A stretch of DNA of 64,000 nt, taken from contig CAWFKH010000003.1 of the NCBI GenBank assembly GCA_963816355.1, positions 1,056,001 through 1,120,000 on the forward strand, read 5' to 3'. Under the pieces are notes generated by a model. The model ran no database searches. It had not been told where the DNA came from and saw nothing but the letters and a program-made list of their open reading frames with translations. Position numbers and translations under genes: made by a program. Numbering within the stretch: the stretch's first letter is position 1; each line of letters opens with the position of its first letter. Below, piece after piece: positions 16,865 through 26,062 of the stretch. This DNA is from an uncultured Gemmatimonadales bacterium (lineage in GTDB: Bacteria; Gemmatimonadota; Gemmatimonadetes; Longimicrobiales; RSA9).

Positions 16865-18643
16865 TCATCCGCCGCGCGCGTCGGCGCGACGGACGAGGAA
16901 AGGACGGGTGCGGACGAGCTCCGCTCCGGCGCCGCCGCGAACCGAGAGGCGCACCGCGTAGAGTCCCTCGTCCAGGCCGCCGAGGTCCAGGTCGACGGCG
17001 AGCGGCAGCGTGGGTCGGCCCGGCTCCGGAGCGACACGCCACGCGATGCGCGGCAGAGCGCCCCGTCCGCCGAGGCCCAACGTCCGGCCGATCCAGCCGA
17101 GGGCCCGCCGCGCGACGCCGCCGTGATCGAGCCGCTCCACGGACAGCTCGACGCGGTACGCCGCGGGGGAGGGGCCGGGGCTGAGCTCGGCATAGAGACC
17201 GAGCGTGTCGCGGGGCTGCACGACGAGCGGCGCGAGCGGTCGCAGGAGCGGATCGTCGCGCCCCACGGGGAGCTTCCCCTGGCGCGGGAACGGCTCGCAG
17301 AGGAGCAGGTCCGAGAGGGCCGACGAGGCGTCGACGTCGACTTCGTAGCGGGCGCGGCCGGCGAGGGCGCCGGAGTCCACGAGCGCCTCGAGGCTGTAGA
17401 CGTAGCGGCCGGGCGGCGCGGCGCTCCATTCGACGAAGCGGGCGGTGTCGCCCGCGACCGGGATGCGCGAGCGAGTCGCGTCGAGCACGCGGAGCGAGTC
17501 CCGGTCCAGAAGGAAGAACCCGACGCTCATCGAGTCGACGCCGCGCGCGGTCGAGTCCAGAGCGAGCGCGCCGTCCGCCCGCAGGATCACGCCGCCCGGG
17601 GCGGGGAAGCGTGTCACCTGGCGCGCGAGCTCAACCAGACGGTCGACGCCGCCGGGCGTGTAGCCGCTGCGTGGGTGCTCCGGGTCCAGCGGCGAGCGCT
17701 CTCCGGGAAGGGGAGCCGCGAGCGGATCCCCGGTGTCCAGATCCGGCGGAACCAGCGCGACCTGGGCGGGATCGTACTGATCGAGGAACTGGAAGTCGGC
17801 GATCCAGGTTCCGGACAGCCGCTCTCGCCGGACCGGCACGCCGTAGCGCATCGTGAGCTCCTCGAGGTCGCGCCCCCACGTCGTGGTGCCGCGCACCCAC
17901 GGCGCCTCCGGCAGCAGCCGCACCCATACGCGCCGCGCGAGGTGCTCCATCGCGGCCGCGTTGCCCGGACGCAGGTACAGCGGATCCGCCGCGCGCCACA
18001 GGCGGTCCTCGTACGCGCCGCGCTCGCCTTCGTCGAGGCCGCCGTAAACCCTTCGCTCGCCGCCATCGAGCAGATAGGAGACGTCTTGCAGACGACGACG
18101 CTCGGCGGGCGGCAGCCGCGCCAGAGCCTCGCCGAAGCTCCGCGCCGCCGCGCGGTCGCGACCCGCGTAGTGCTGCGCGAAACCGAGCAGCAGCGACGGC
18201 CACGCCGGTTCGCTTCGACTCGCCCAACGAAGCGCGCCCGCCGCGGCCACCGCCTCCTCCGCCCGCCCATCCTCCACGAGGTAGCGGATCAGCGGGGCCG
18301 CCACGGCGGCGTTGCCCGGATCGGCGCCGAACGCACGCCGCAGACGCCGCACCGCCGCCTGGCGCGCGGCCACGACGGCCGGATGCTCCGGTGGCGGGGC
18401 TGCAGCGATCCCGCCGCCGTCCTCGCCGTCGTCGTCGTCGAAGTAGAGGCAGAAGCGCCCGACGTGCTCGACGCACGGCCCGCGCGGCGCGGAGGAAGTC
18501 GCGAGCGGCGCGTACAACCGCGTGCGCCGCTCGTACTCGCGCTCCGCCTCGCGTGCGGCGCGCGCGAGGGCGGCGGCGTCCGGCGGCGGCGGCGCGAGAG
18601 GCGCCTGCTGCAGGGTGAGGAGGAGTGCGGCGGCGAGGAGCAT
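16865..18643 (-). CDS. Exported hypothetical protein with TPR-like and GWxTD-like segments
   Basis: Signal peptide MLLAAALLLTLQQ; CVEHVGRFC; LWRAADPLY..GNAAAMEHLAR and WGRD..MRYGVP segments; beta-rich C-terminus. Confidence 0.7.
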   Translation of the reverse strand: MLLAAALLLTLQQAPLAPPPPDAAALARAAREAEREYERRTRLYAPLATSSAPRGPCVEHVGRFCLYFDDDDGEDGGGIAAAPPPEHPAVVAARQAAVRRLRRAFGADPGNAAVAAPLIRYLVEDGRAEEAVAAAGALRWASRSEPAWPSLLLGFAQHYAGRDRAAARSFGEALARLPPAERRRLQDVSYLLDGGERRVYGGLDEGERGAYEDRLWRAADPLYLRPGNAAAMEHLARRVWVRLLPEAPWVRGTTTWGRDLEELTMRYGVPVRRERLSGTWIADFQFLDQYDPAQVALVPPDLDTGDPLAAPLPGERSPLDPEHPRSGYTPGGVDRLVELARQVTRFPAPGGVILRADGALALDSTARGVDSMSVGFFLLDRDSLRVLDATRSRIPVAGDTARFVEWSAAPPGRYVYSLEALVDSGALAGRARYEVDVDASSALSDLLLCEPFPRQGKLPVGRDDPLLRPLAPLVVQPRDTLGLYAELSPGPSPAAYRVELSVERLDHGGVARRALGWIGRTLGLGGRGALPRIAWRVAPEPGRPTLPLAVDLDLGGLDEGLYAVRLSVRGGAGAELVRTRPFLVRRADARGG

Positions 18644-18655
18644 GGCGCTGCGGGG

Positions 18656-21600
18656 TCAGTAGGACCAGCGTCGTCTCAGATCGACAGTGTACTGGCGATC
18701 GGGATTCGTCAACGGTGAGACGATCTCGATGCCGAGCCGATTGAAGCGCCGGCGGATGAGCGGCTCGGACGCGAAGTCGAGCGTCCACTCGGGGTCGATG
18801 CGCCACTGCACGGAGAGGCCCACGCCGTTGTTGCCGGTCGCGCCGAAGAGGCCGCCGATGCCCGCATCGACGGTGAGGAAGACGTCGCTCCCGAGCTCCT
18901 TGCCGAAGACCAGAGTCGCCTCCGATATGAGGCTCTGGAGGTCTTCCGGGTTGTTGGCGGCGGAGCGTACCTGCAGGTAATCAATCGGCAGACCGGCGCC
19001 CTCGACGATCGCCCGCTCGAAGAGGTTGCTCAGGATGTCGGTGGCGCCTCCCACGATCGTGCCGCCGAGGAGCGTCTGCCCCACGCCGCCCGCACCGCCG
19101 ATTCCGGTGCCGAGCGCGGAGCTGGACTGGCCGAAGAGTAGGAAGCTGAGCAGCTCCGATTCCTGGAACTGCACGCCGCCGGGCGTCGAGAGCGAGAGCG
19201 AGGGGTGGCGGGCGGTACCCGTGACGTTGACGAGGACGTCGATCGGCTCGTTCGGCGAGGCGTAGACGGTCCGTGAGGCGGTGATCTGGAGGCCCGGATT
19301 GGGCTCGGGCGAGCCGAAGAAGCGGATCTCCGCGCTCTCGATCTGGAAGCGGCGTACGACCGGCCCCGCGGCCATGGTGAAGGTGCCGTGCTCGCCGGCG
19401 AGGGTGCCGAAGATCTTCACCTCGTCACCGCTCTTGAAGAGCGTCAGCTCCCCGCCGAGCTGCGCGCGCGCGTCCTGCAGGATGAACCAGAGATTGTCGC
19501 CCGCGACGAGCGTGAGGCCCTGGATGGAGAGACGCTCGTAGAGGCCGCGCTCCTTCGTGGCGCCGAGGCCGGATGTGACCATGCCGCCGGTCTCGAGGAA
19601 CTGCTGCACCTCCTCCTGGAAGGGGTCGGCGCCGAACTCCGGGACGCGTACGTTGCCGTCGTCGAGCCGGACCTGACCGCTCAACGCGACATCGGGGATC
19701 GGGCCGCGGATCGCGACCGTGCCCCACGCCGCCGCCGGCTCGAGGCTCCGCACGCCGCCCATCGGGCGGAAACGTGACAGCGTGAGCTCGAGGTCGGCGA
19801 CCGGCCGCGTCAGCTCCTCGAACTGGATCGCCCCGGTGAGCGTTGCGACGCCGTCGCTTCGCGCCTGCACGCTGTCGACCGTGATCGTCTCGTTGGCCAG
19901 CAGGAGGCGGCCGTGGATGTCGGTGAAGGTGCGGTCGAGGGCGGGCAGCGTGGCGGCGCCGTTCTCGAGGTCCAGCGTGCCCTGGAAGCGCGGTGAGGCG
20001 GGCGTGCCCGAGATCGAGATGTCCGCAGACGCCACGCCCTCCAGCGAACGCACGCTCGGCAGCAGCGGAGTCAGCATCGAGAGCTGAAGGCCAGTCGTGC
20101 GCAACGTCCCGTCGAGCGCGCCATCCCGGATCCAGTGGACCTCCGGGTTCTCTCTGAGCACCACCGAGAGGGGCAGCGTCGCGTTCAGGCGAACGGTGCC
20201 ACCCGGCTCCAGCGAGCCGCTCGCTTCCGCGACGGCGCGCCCGCCCGCGTAACGGAAGCTGCCCTCGAGGCGCGGCACGCCGATCCCCTGGATGCTGCCC
20301 TGCTCGAGACGGAAGGTCGCGTCGAGGACGGGCGCCTCGCCGCCGTGGATCTCGCCACTCGCCCACGCGAGGCCGGTGGCGACGCTGTCCCGCCCGATGA
20401 GCCGCTCGACCTCCGCGACCGGCAACGCCGCGATGTCGAAGCGGACCGCCGCGCGCGCGAGCGGGAGCAGCGTGCCGTCGAGCGTGAGGTGACCGGCGCC
20501 GTCCGCGGCGGAGAGCCGGAATCCCGCCACGGCGACGTCGCCGTCCCCGCCCCAGCGCAGCTCCGCCGGCTGCTGGAGTGCCCAGCGCTGGGCGCCGAGG
20601 TCCACCAGCAAGCTGCGCATCGTCACGCTCCGCCATCCGTCCGCCAGGATCCGGCCGTCGGCCTGCACCTGCACGTGCCCCGCCCCGACGCGGTCGGCAT
20701 CGAAGCGGACGGCGAAGGTGGGCGGCGTCATGCCGAAACTGCCGGAGACGGCTTCGAACGCGCCCGCGACCGGCGTCTCGATTCCGCGTCCGCCCAGCTC
20801 GACGTGGACCGTGGGCAGCGAGTCGCCGAGCACGACCTGGTAGGAAGCCTCGGCCGCGCCCACCGACCACTCCCCGTAGCGCACGTCCTGCAGGTGGAGC
20901 CGGCCCTGCGCGGCGGGTGCGGCGAGGCTGCCGGTCGCGCGTCCCACGAGGTCGAGCGCGCCGCCCGCGGACGGCGTCCCGATCCCCGGCAGATAGGGCG
21001 CCAGCGGGGCGAGCGTCGCGACCCTCAGCCGGTAGTCGAGCCCCGAGGAGACGGCGCCCTCGCGCAGCGACCATTCCCCGTCCAACGTCGCCGCGACGGG
21101 CCCCAGCGCCGCCGAAGCGTCCTGCACGCGGAGGACCCCGTCGCGCGCGGTAGCGCGCGCCGTCACACGGTCATCGCGGCCCGTGTACCAGCCGTGGAAA
21201 CGGCCGTCGAGCGCGAGCGTCGCGTCGGCGGTCGCCGGGTCCAGACCGCGACCGGCGAGCGTGAACTGAGCGGTGACCGAAACCGGCGGGAAGCGGGGCC
21301 GCAGCAGCTTCTGCAGGTCCACGGCGATGAGCCGTCCCTGCAGGTCGTAGCGCGGTTCGCGTCCCGTCAGGTCGACGGTTCCCGTGAGGGCGACGCCGCC
21401 GCCCGCAACGTCGAGGTGGACGTCGAGCTGCAGCGGCGCCGCGGAACGGGGACCGTTCAGGGTGAGAGTCCCGGAGAGCGGCCCGCTCAGCGGCAGGTTC
21501 GGCAGGAACTCGGAGAGCGAGGAGAGCGGCAGGCGCTGCAGCGTGACGCTCGCGCGCCGGATGCGTGCACCGCCGCCCTCCTCGAGCGCCACTTCACCGG

Positions 21601-22906
21601 CCAGGTGGCCCTGGAACGGCTCGCGGTCGGCGCCCGCCGTGAGATCGGCCTGGAGGTCGAAGGCGAGCCTGCCGCCGCTACCCTGGAGCGTGCCCTCCAC
21701 GTCCCCGCTGTAGGGAAGCGGACGCGTCAGGAAGCGCTGGGCGAAGTCGACGGTGAGCGGCTGCAGCCGCAGGTCGGCGCTCTCGAGCCGGAAGGAGAGC
21801 GTGTCCGACACCAGCAGGGCGACGGAGCCGCTGACATGGGTGCGTCCCGACTCCAGCTCCAGGTCGCTCAGCCGCACGAACGTCCCGGCCGGCCGCGGCT
21901 CGACCTCCCAGCCGAATCGGACCACGCCCTCTTCGGGGAGCCGCGGATTGGCGAACCGCAGGTCCGCGAGCCGCACGGAGCCGGAGCGACCCACGGCGCG
22001 AAAGCCGAAGCCCGGCAGGTCCGAGTCCCAGATGCCCCGGATGCCGGCGGCCACCGATTCCCCCAGTCGCAGCCGCTCGACGTCGTACTCGAGATGGCCG
22101 CCCGGCAGCGTGAGCGTCGCGCCGTCGACCTGCAGCGGCATGTTGATGCTGTCGGCAGGGATCGTGAAACGCGCCGTCGCGCGGGCGATCTGCACCGTCG
22201 CCGGCCGGCCGCCCGCCGGTACCGCGACCTCCGGCAGCGCGGCGTCCAGCCCGGGAAGGACGTAGGTGCGGTCGGGAAACCGCAGCTCGACATGACCGCC
22301 GCGGACCGTGACCGTCTCCAGGAAGACTCCCCGGTCCGCCGGCGCCGGCGCCGGCAGGGGGCCGGGTGGAAGATCGAGGCCGAGCACGGGCACGAAGCTC
22401 CACGGCGCCCCCGTCGCGGGCTGCACCGCCAACACCTCCGGCTGATCCACGACGACGCCATCCAGCTCGAAGCGGCCGCGCTGGAACGCCTGCGGATTCA
22501 GCAGCGCCGTCGTCGTCGGAATGCGCAGGAACGGCCGACCCTCGCGGTCGCGCCAGAGGAGAGCAGTCGCGCGCACCCGGACGCCGCGGCGCAGGCGCGT
22601 CGTCGGCGGCGCCGTCGCACCGAGCGCGTGCGCGACGCGTGTCTCGAAGCGGTTGATCTCGCGGGGGTTCTCGGCACCGATGCGGAGCGCCTGCGGCGCG
22701 CCGCCTCCCGCGGCGCTGTCCGGCGTACCGGATCCGGGCGCCGCCACTGAGGGTCCGGCGGGCGCCTGGACGGGTCCCGGTCCGCCCGGCGCGAGCACCC
22801 AGTAGGCGATCAGGCCGACCGCGACGGCGACGCCCACGAGAATCGCCGCGATCCGCCCCGGCAGCGGGATGTGTCCGTGCGGCCGCTCGCGCTCCGGCTC
22901 AGACAC
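18656..22906 (-). CDS. tamB: Translocation and assembly module TamB (AsmA-like, DUF490 C-terminus)
   Basis: About 1416 aa; N-terminal TM, beta-strand repeats, ISGTPASPRFQG, PNPGLQITA, ESELLSFLLFG; directly downstream of the Omp85 gene. Confidence 0.88.
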   Translation of the reverse strand: MSEPERERPHGHIPLPGRIAAILVGVAVAVGLIAYWVLAPGGPGPVQAPAGPSVAAPGSGTPDSAAGGGAPQALRIGAENPREINRFETRVAHALGATAPPTTRLRRGVRVRATALLWRDREGRPFLRIPTTTALLNPQAFQRGRFELDGVVVDQPEVLAVQPATGAPWSFVPVLGLDLPPGPLPAPAPADRGVFLETVTVRGGHVELRFPDRTYVLPGLDAALPEVAVPAGGRPATVQIARATARFTIPADSINMPLQVDGATLTLPGGHLEYDVERLRLGESVAAGIRGIWDSDLPGFGFRAVGRSGSVRLADLRFANPRLPEEGVVRFGWEVEPRPAGTFVRLSDLELESGRTHVSGSVALLVSDTLSFRLESADLRLQPLTVDFAQRFLTRPLPYSGDVEGTLQGSGGRLAFDLQADLTAGADREPFQGHLAGEVALEEGGGARIRRASVTLQRLPLSSLSEFLPNLPLSGPLSGTLTLNGPRSAAPLQLDVHLDVAGGGVALTGTVDLTGREPRYDLQGRLIAVDLQKLLRPRFPPVSVTAQFTLAGRGLDPATADATLALDGRFHGWYTGRDDRVTARATARDGVLRVQDASAALGPVAATLDGEWSLREGAVSSGLDYRLRVATLAPLAPYLPGIGTPSAGGALDLVGRATGSLAAPAAQGRLHLQDVRYGEWSVGAAEASYQVVLGDSLPTVHVELGGRGIETPVAGAFEAVSGSFGMTPPTFAVRFDADRVGAGHVQVQADGRILADGWRSVTMRSLLVDLGAQRWALQQPAELRWGGDGDVAVAGFRLSAADGAGHLTLDGTLLPLARAAVRFDIAALPVAEVERLIGRDSVATGLAWASGEIHGGEAPVLDATFRLEQGSIQGIGVPRLEGSFRYAGGRAVAEASGSLEPGGTVRLNATLPLSVVLRENPEVHWIRDGALDGTLRTTGLQLSMLTPLLPSVRSLEGVASADISISGTPASPRFQGTLDLENGAATLPALDRTFTDIHGRLLLANETITVDSVQARSDGVATLTGAIQFEELTRPVADLELTLSRFRPMGGVRSLEPAAAWGTVAIRGPIPDVALSGQVRLDDGNVRVPEFGADPFQEEVQQFLETGGMVTSGLGATKERGLYERLSIQGLTLVAGDNLWFILQDARAQLGGELTLFKSGDEVKIFGTLAGEHGTFTMAAGPVVRRFQIESAEIRFFGSPEPNPGLQITASRTVYASPNEPIDVLVNVTGTARHPSLSLSTPGGVQFQESELLSFLLFGQSSSALGTGIGGAGGVGQTLLGGTIVGGATDILSNLFERAIVEGAGLPIDYLQVRSAANNPEDLQSLISEATLVFGKELGSDVFLTVDAGIGGLFGATGNNGVGLSVQWRIDPEWTLDFASEPLIRRRFNRLGIEIVSPLTNPDRQYTVDLRRRWSY

Positions 22907-22908
22907 GC

Positions 22909-25104
22909 TCAGAACGCCTGGCCCACGGCCACATGGATGCGAAAGCGGTTCAGGAAATGCGGCGGACCGGGCGCGAAGCTCGGATCGATGCGCACGAGCG
23001 CGTTCGTCGCCTGGTCGGCCACGTAGAGGGGCGCCGCCTCCGGATCGTAGGGATCGTACGCGATGTCGAGCCGCGCCGGCCCGACCGGCGTGTCGAGGCG
23101 CAGCCCGGCGCCGGGCGTGATGCGCCAGGTCGAGGGATCGAGGTGCCAGAGCTGGCGCGCACCCACCGCACCCGCATCCACGAAGATCGCGAGCCGCAGA
23201 TAGTCTCTCAGCAGCGGGGAGGGGAAGCGCAGCTCGACGCTGCCGACGGCGACCGACGTCCCACCCACCGGCACGAATTCCGGCGTCCGCGTCGTGTCGA
23301 CCACCAGAACGCCGGCCGAATCCACGCCCAGGCTCTGCGCCACGTAGACGCCGGGACCGATCGCGTTCCGGTCGAAGCCGCGAACGCTGTTCGCGCCGCC
23401 GGCGTAGAACCGCTCCTCGGGCGGCAGGAAATGGTCGCTGCTGCGGATCGATCCGGTCCCGAAGAAGGTGCCGAGGCGGACATAGGAGCTGAGCACCGTG
23501 CTCCGTCCGACCAGATCGTAGCGCGCGCTCTCCGCCGCCCAGCGGAAGAAGCCGACATCCGAGCCGAGCGGACGCGCGGCCCACGTCACCGTGGACTGCA
23601 CGCGAAAGCCGCGGTGCGGGTCGAGCGGCTGATCCGTGCGGTTGCGCAGGAAGTTCGCGGTCAGCGCGTTACGCCAGCGCACGCGTGAGAGCGGCTCGAT
23701 CTCCGCCTGGTCGCACACGGTGAAGGCGAGGCAGAAGATCGCCGGGGAGGCGATCGTCTGCCCCCGCTGCGCCTCGGCCGCACCGCTGACGACGTCGCCG
23801 CCGCGCAGCGTCCGGATCACCGTCGCCCGTCCGCCGCGCGCCTGGCGCTGGAACAGCCCCGGCTCCGAGGTGCGGTCGCCGAAGACGCTCAGCGTGAGCT
23901 GATTGTGCGCGCTGAAGAAGTACGGCTGCGTGAAGTCCGCCCCGAGGTGGTAGTCCAGCTCCTTGCGAAACGGGTCGTCCTCCGTCGCGAACGCCTTGCA
24001 GATCGACGACTCCAGCTGCCGCGAATACGTGAGGCCGCCCAGCCCGAGCTTCGTCGCCTCCGCCTGGATCGAAAGCCGGCGCCCCCCCCCCAGCACGCTG
24101 CGACTCGTCCAGCTCGCGTGCGCCCGCATGCACTCGATCGTGCCGTACCCGATCGCCGCTTCCACCACGTGCACCGGCGCCTCCGAAATGCGCACCGCGA
24201 CCGTCGCGAGCGTGCTGTCCGACGGCGTCGCCTGCAGCGAATCCGGCGCCACGTCCACCGTCGCGAAACGCACGATGTCCAGATTGTACAGGTTGGCCTG
24301 ACTTCGCCGCAGGGCGCTCGCGCGCAGCAGCTCCCCCTGCGAAAACTCCAACTGCCGCAACACCGAGGGCCGCCCCAGGTGCGCCGCGCCGATCACGACG
24401 ACCGAGTCGACACGAACGCGCGGGCCCGCAATCGCCAGCAGCGACGCCGTCGCCCGGTCCTGCACCGTGTCGACGCTGTAGTTGCGCAGCACCTCCGCGT
24501 ACGCGTAGCCGCGCGAGCGCAGCACCGCCAGCACCGTGTCCGCCGACGCGCCGAACCGCCCCACGTCGAAGAGCTCCCCCGGCTGCAGCGGCAGCCGTCG
24601 CTCCACCGAGTCCGGCGGCACGATCTTTTCCGTCCCCTCCACCGTCAGCGAATCCAGCCGCACCGCATCGCCGCGCAGAATCGCGAAGTTCACCACGACG
24701 CGGCCCCCCTTCGGCTCCACGCCCGGCCGCACCGTCGTGCCGAAGTAGCCGCTCTGACGGTAGAGCACCGCCAGCCGCACCACGTCCGTCGCCAGTGTCG
24801 AGGTGTTCAGCGTGTGCACGTGACGGCCGATCCCGGTGCCCGGTATGCAGATCGGAAGCCCGATCAGACGGCACCGCGTCGGCTGCGTCTCGATCAACGA
24901 CAACAGCGTGTCGCGGCCGTACGGCTGCGGCGCGAGAAAGTTCACCTCCGCGATCTCCCGCCCCGAGTACGGACTCAGCTCCGGGAACGGGCCCGCGGCT
25001 CCGCCCCGCGCCACGCAGCCGGACCAGGACGCGACGACCAACGCCACGACGGCCAAAGCACCCGCGCGGCCGCCGCTCCGCGACCTTCCCGGCTTCACGT
25101 TCAT
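22909..25104 (-). CDS. tamA: Omp85 family outer-membrane protein TamA/BamA-like
   Basis: POTRA-like repeats (YRQSGYF, LRSRGYAYAEV), RFYAGGANSVRGF, GLRLDTPVGPARLDIAY, C-terminal GQAF; paired with tamB. Confidence 0.88.
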   Translation of the reverse strand: MNVKPGRSRSGGRAGALAVVALVVASWSGCVARGGAAGPFPELSPYSGREIAEVNFLAPQPYGRDTLLSLIETQPTRCRLIGLPICIPGTGIGRHVHTLNTSTLATDVVRLAVLYRQSGYFGTTVRPGVEPKGGRVVVNFAILRGDAVRLDSLTVEGTEKIVPPDSVERRLPLQPGELFDVGRFGASADTVLAVLRSRGYAYAEVLRNYSVDTVQDRATASLLAIAGPRVRVDSVVVIGAAHLGRPSVLRQLEFSQGELLRASALRRSQANLYNLDIVRFATVDVAPDSLQATPSDSTLATVAVRISEAPVHVVEAAIGYGTIECMRAHASWTSRSVLGGGRRLSIQAEATKLGLGGLTYSRQLESSICKAFATEDDPFRKELDYHLGADFTQPYFFSAHNQLTLSVFGDRTSEPGLFQRQARGGRATVIRTLRGGDVVSGAAEAQRGQTIASPAIFCLAFTVCDQAEIEPLSRVRWRNALTANFLRNRTDQPLDPHRGFRVQSTVTWAARPLGSDVGFFRWAAESARYDLVGRSTVLSSYVRLGTFFGTGSIRSSDHFLPPEERFYAGGANSVRGFDRNAIGPGVYVAQSLGVDSAGVLVVDTTRTPEFVPVGGTSVAVGSVELRFPSPLLRDYLRLAIFVDAGAVGARQLWHLDPSTWRITPGAGLRLDTPVGPARLDIAYDPYDPEAAPLYVADQATNALVRIDPSFAPGPPHFLNRFRIHVAVGQAF

Positions 25105-25207
25105 GTTGGACAAGAGATCACGGCCGCGCCCGAACTCGCAAGCGATTGCACACACCCGGCTTGCCGCGCCGGGTCGCCCCATCCGCTCCCTCGAGCGCAT
25201 AGTCGAA

Positions 25208-25240
25208 TTGACGGCGATCGGCCCGTGTGTTAGTCTAACA
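25208..25240 (+). promoter_or_regulatory. Sigma70-like promoter with a palindrome over the -10 box
   Basis: TTGACG (25208-25213), 17 nt, TAGTCT (25231-25236); palindrome TGTTAG-T-CTAACA at 25228-25240. Confidence 0.55.
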
Positions 25241-25313
25241 ATCTTTGGTATTTCGGCAAAGCACGCCCGACGATCGTGCTCCCGCGCCACGCAGGAACCC
25301 GAGCGACTACGAC

Positions 25314-26027
25314 ATGGCCCGACACCCCACGGCAAAGCGCGTGCACCGTCCCGAAGCGGACGCCGACGACGCCTTCGTCGCACGCATGCTCGAGCTCAGC
25401 GGATGGGCGAAGCGCAACGCGCGCGTCGTGGTCGGCGTCGCGATCGGCGCCGCATTCCTCGTGCTCGGCTACCTCTATTACACGAACCGCCGCGCCCGGC
25501 TCGACCAGCTCGCCGCTTCACAGCTTCTCGAGGTGCGCCAGACGGTGGCGAGCGGGAACTACCCCCTCGCCACGCGTGACCTGCAGCAGTTCGTCGATCG
25601 CTACGGCAAGACCGACGCGGGACGCGAAGGTCGACTCCTGCTCGGACAGCTCCAACTGGAGCAGGGGAAGGCGCAGGACGCGATTCGCGATCTCACGAGC
25701 TTCGCCCCGCGCGACGCGCTGATCGACAGCTCGCGTCTGCTTCTGCTTGGCGCCGCCTACGAGCAGGCGGGCGACACGGCACGCGCGATCACGACCTACG
25801 CCCAGGTCGGCCGCAACGGCGCGTTCGCGTTCCAGCGCAGAGAGGGGCTGGAGAACGCGGCACGCATCCACATGCAGGCGGGCGACTACGACGCTGCGGC
25901 ATCGATCTATCAGCAACTCGTCGAGCTCGTCGGCAGCGATGATGCGCAGGCGTCCGTGTACCGGATGCGGTTGGCGGAGGCGGAAGGGAAGGCGGCGGGC
26001 AAACCGGGCGGCGCGACGAAGCCCTGA
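25314..26027 (+). CDS. Membrane-anchored TPR protein (YfgM-like)
   Basis: Single TM VVVGVAIGAAFLVLGYLYY followed by TPR helices (YGKTDAG, LGAAYEQAGD, AGDYDAAASIYQQL). Confidence 0.85.
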   Translation: MARHPTAKRVHRPEADADDAFVARMLELSGWAKRNARVVVGVAIGAAFLVLGYLYYTNRRARLDQLAASQLLEVRQTVASGNYPLATRDLQQFVDRYGKTDAGREGRLLLGQLQLEQGKAQDAIRDLTSFAPRDALIDSSRLLLLGAAYEQAGDTARAITTYAQVGRNGAFAFQRREGLENAARIHMQAGDYDAAASIYQQLVELVGSDDAQASVYRMRLAEAEGKAAGKPGGATKP

Positions 26028-26062
26028 GCCGGCGCGCTCCCCGCCCGTTTCGGCATCGCGAT

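Noticed and set aside
16067..22750. Very long plus-strand ORFs (16067-18718, 20135-22750) and similar ones (48466-50253, 51513-53993, 54089-56467)
   Set aside because: They are antisense shadows of real minus-strand genes, expected at high GC, with no recognisable motifs.
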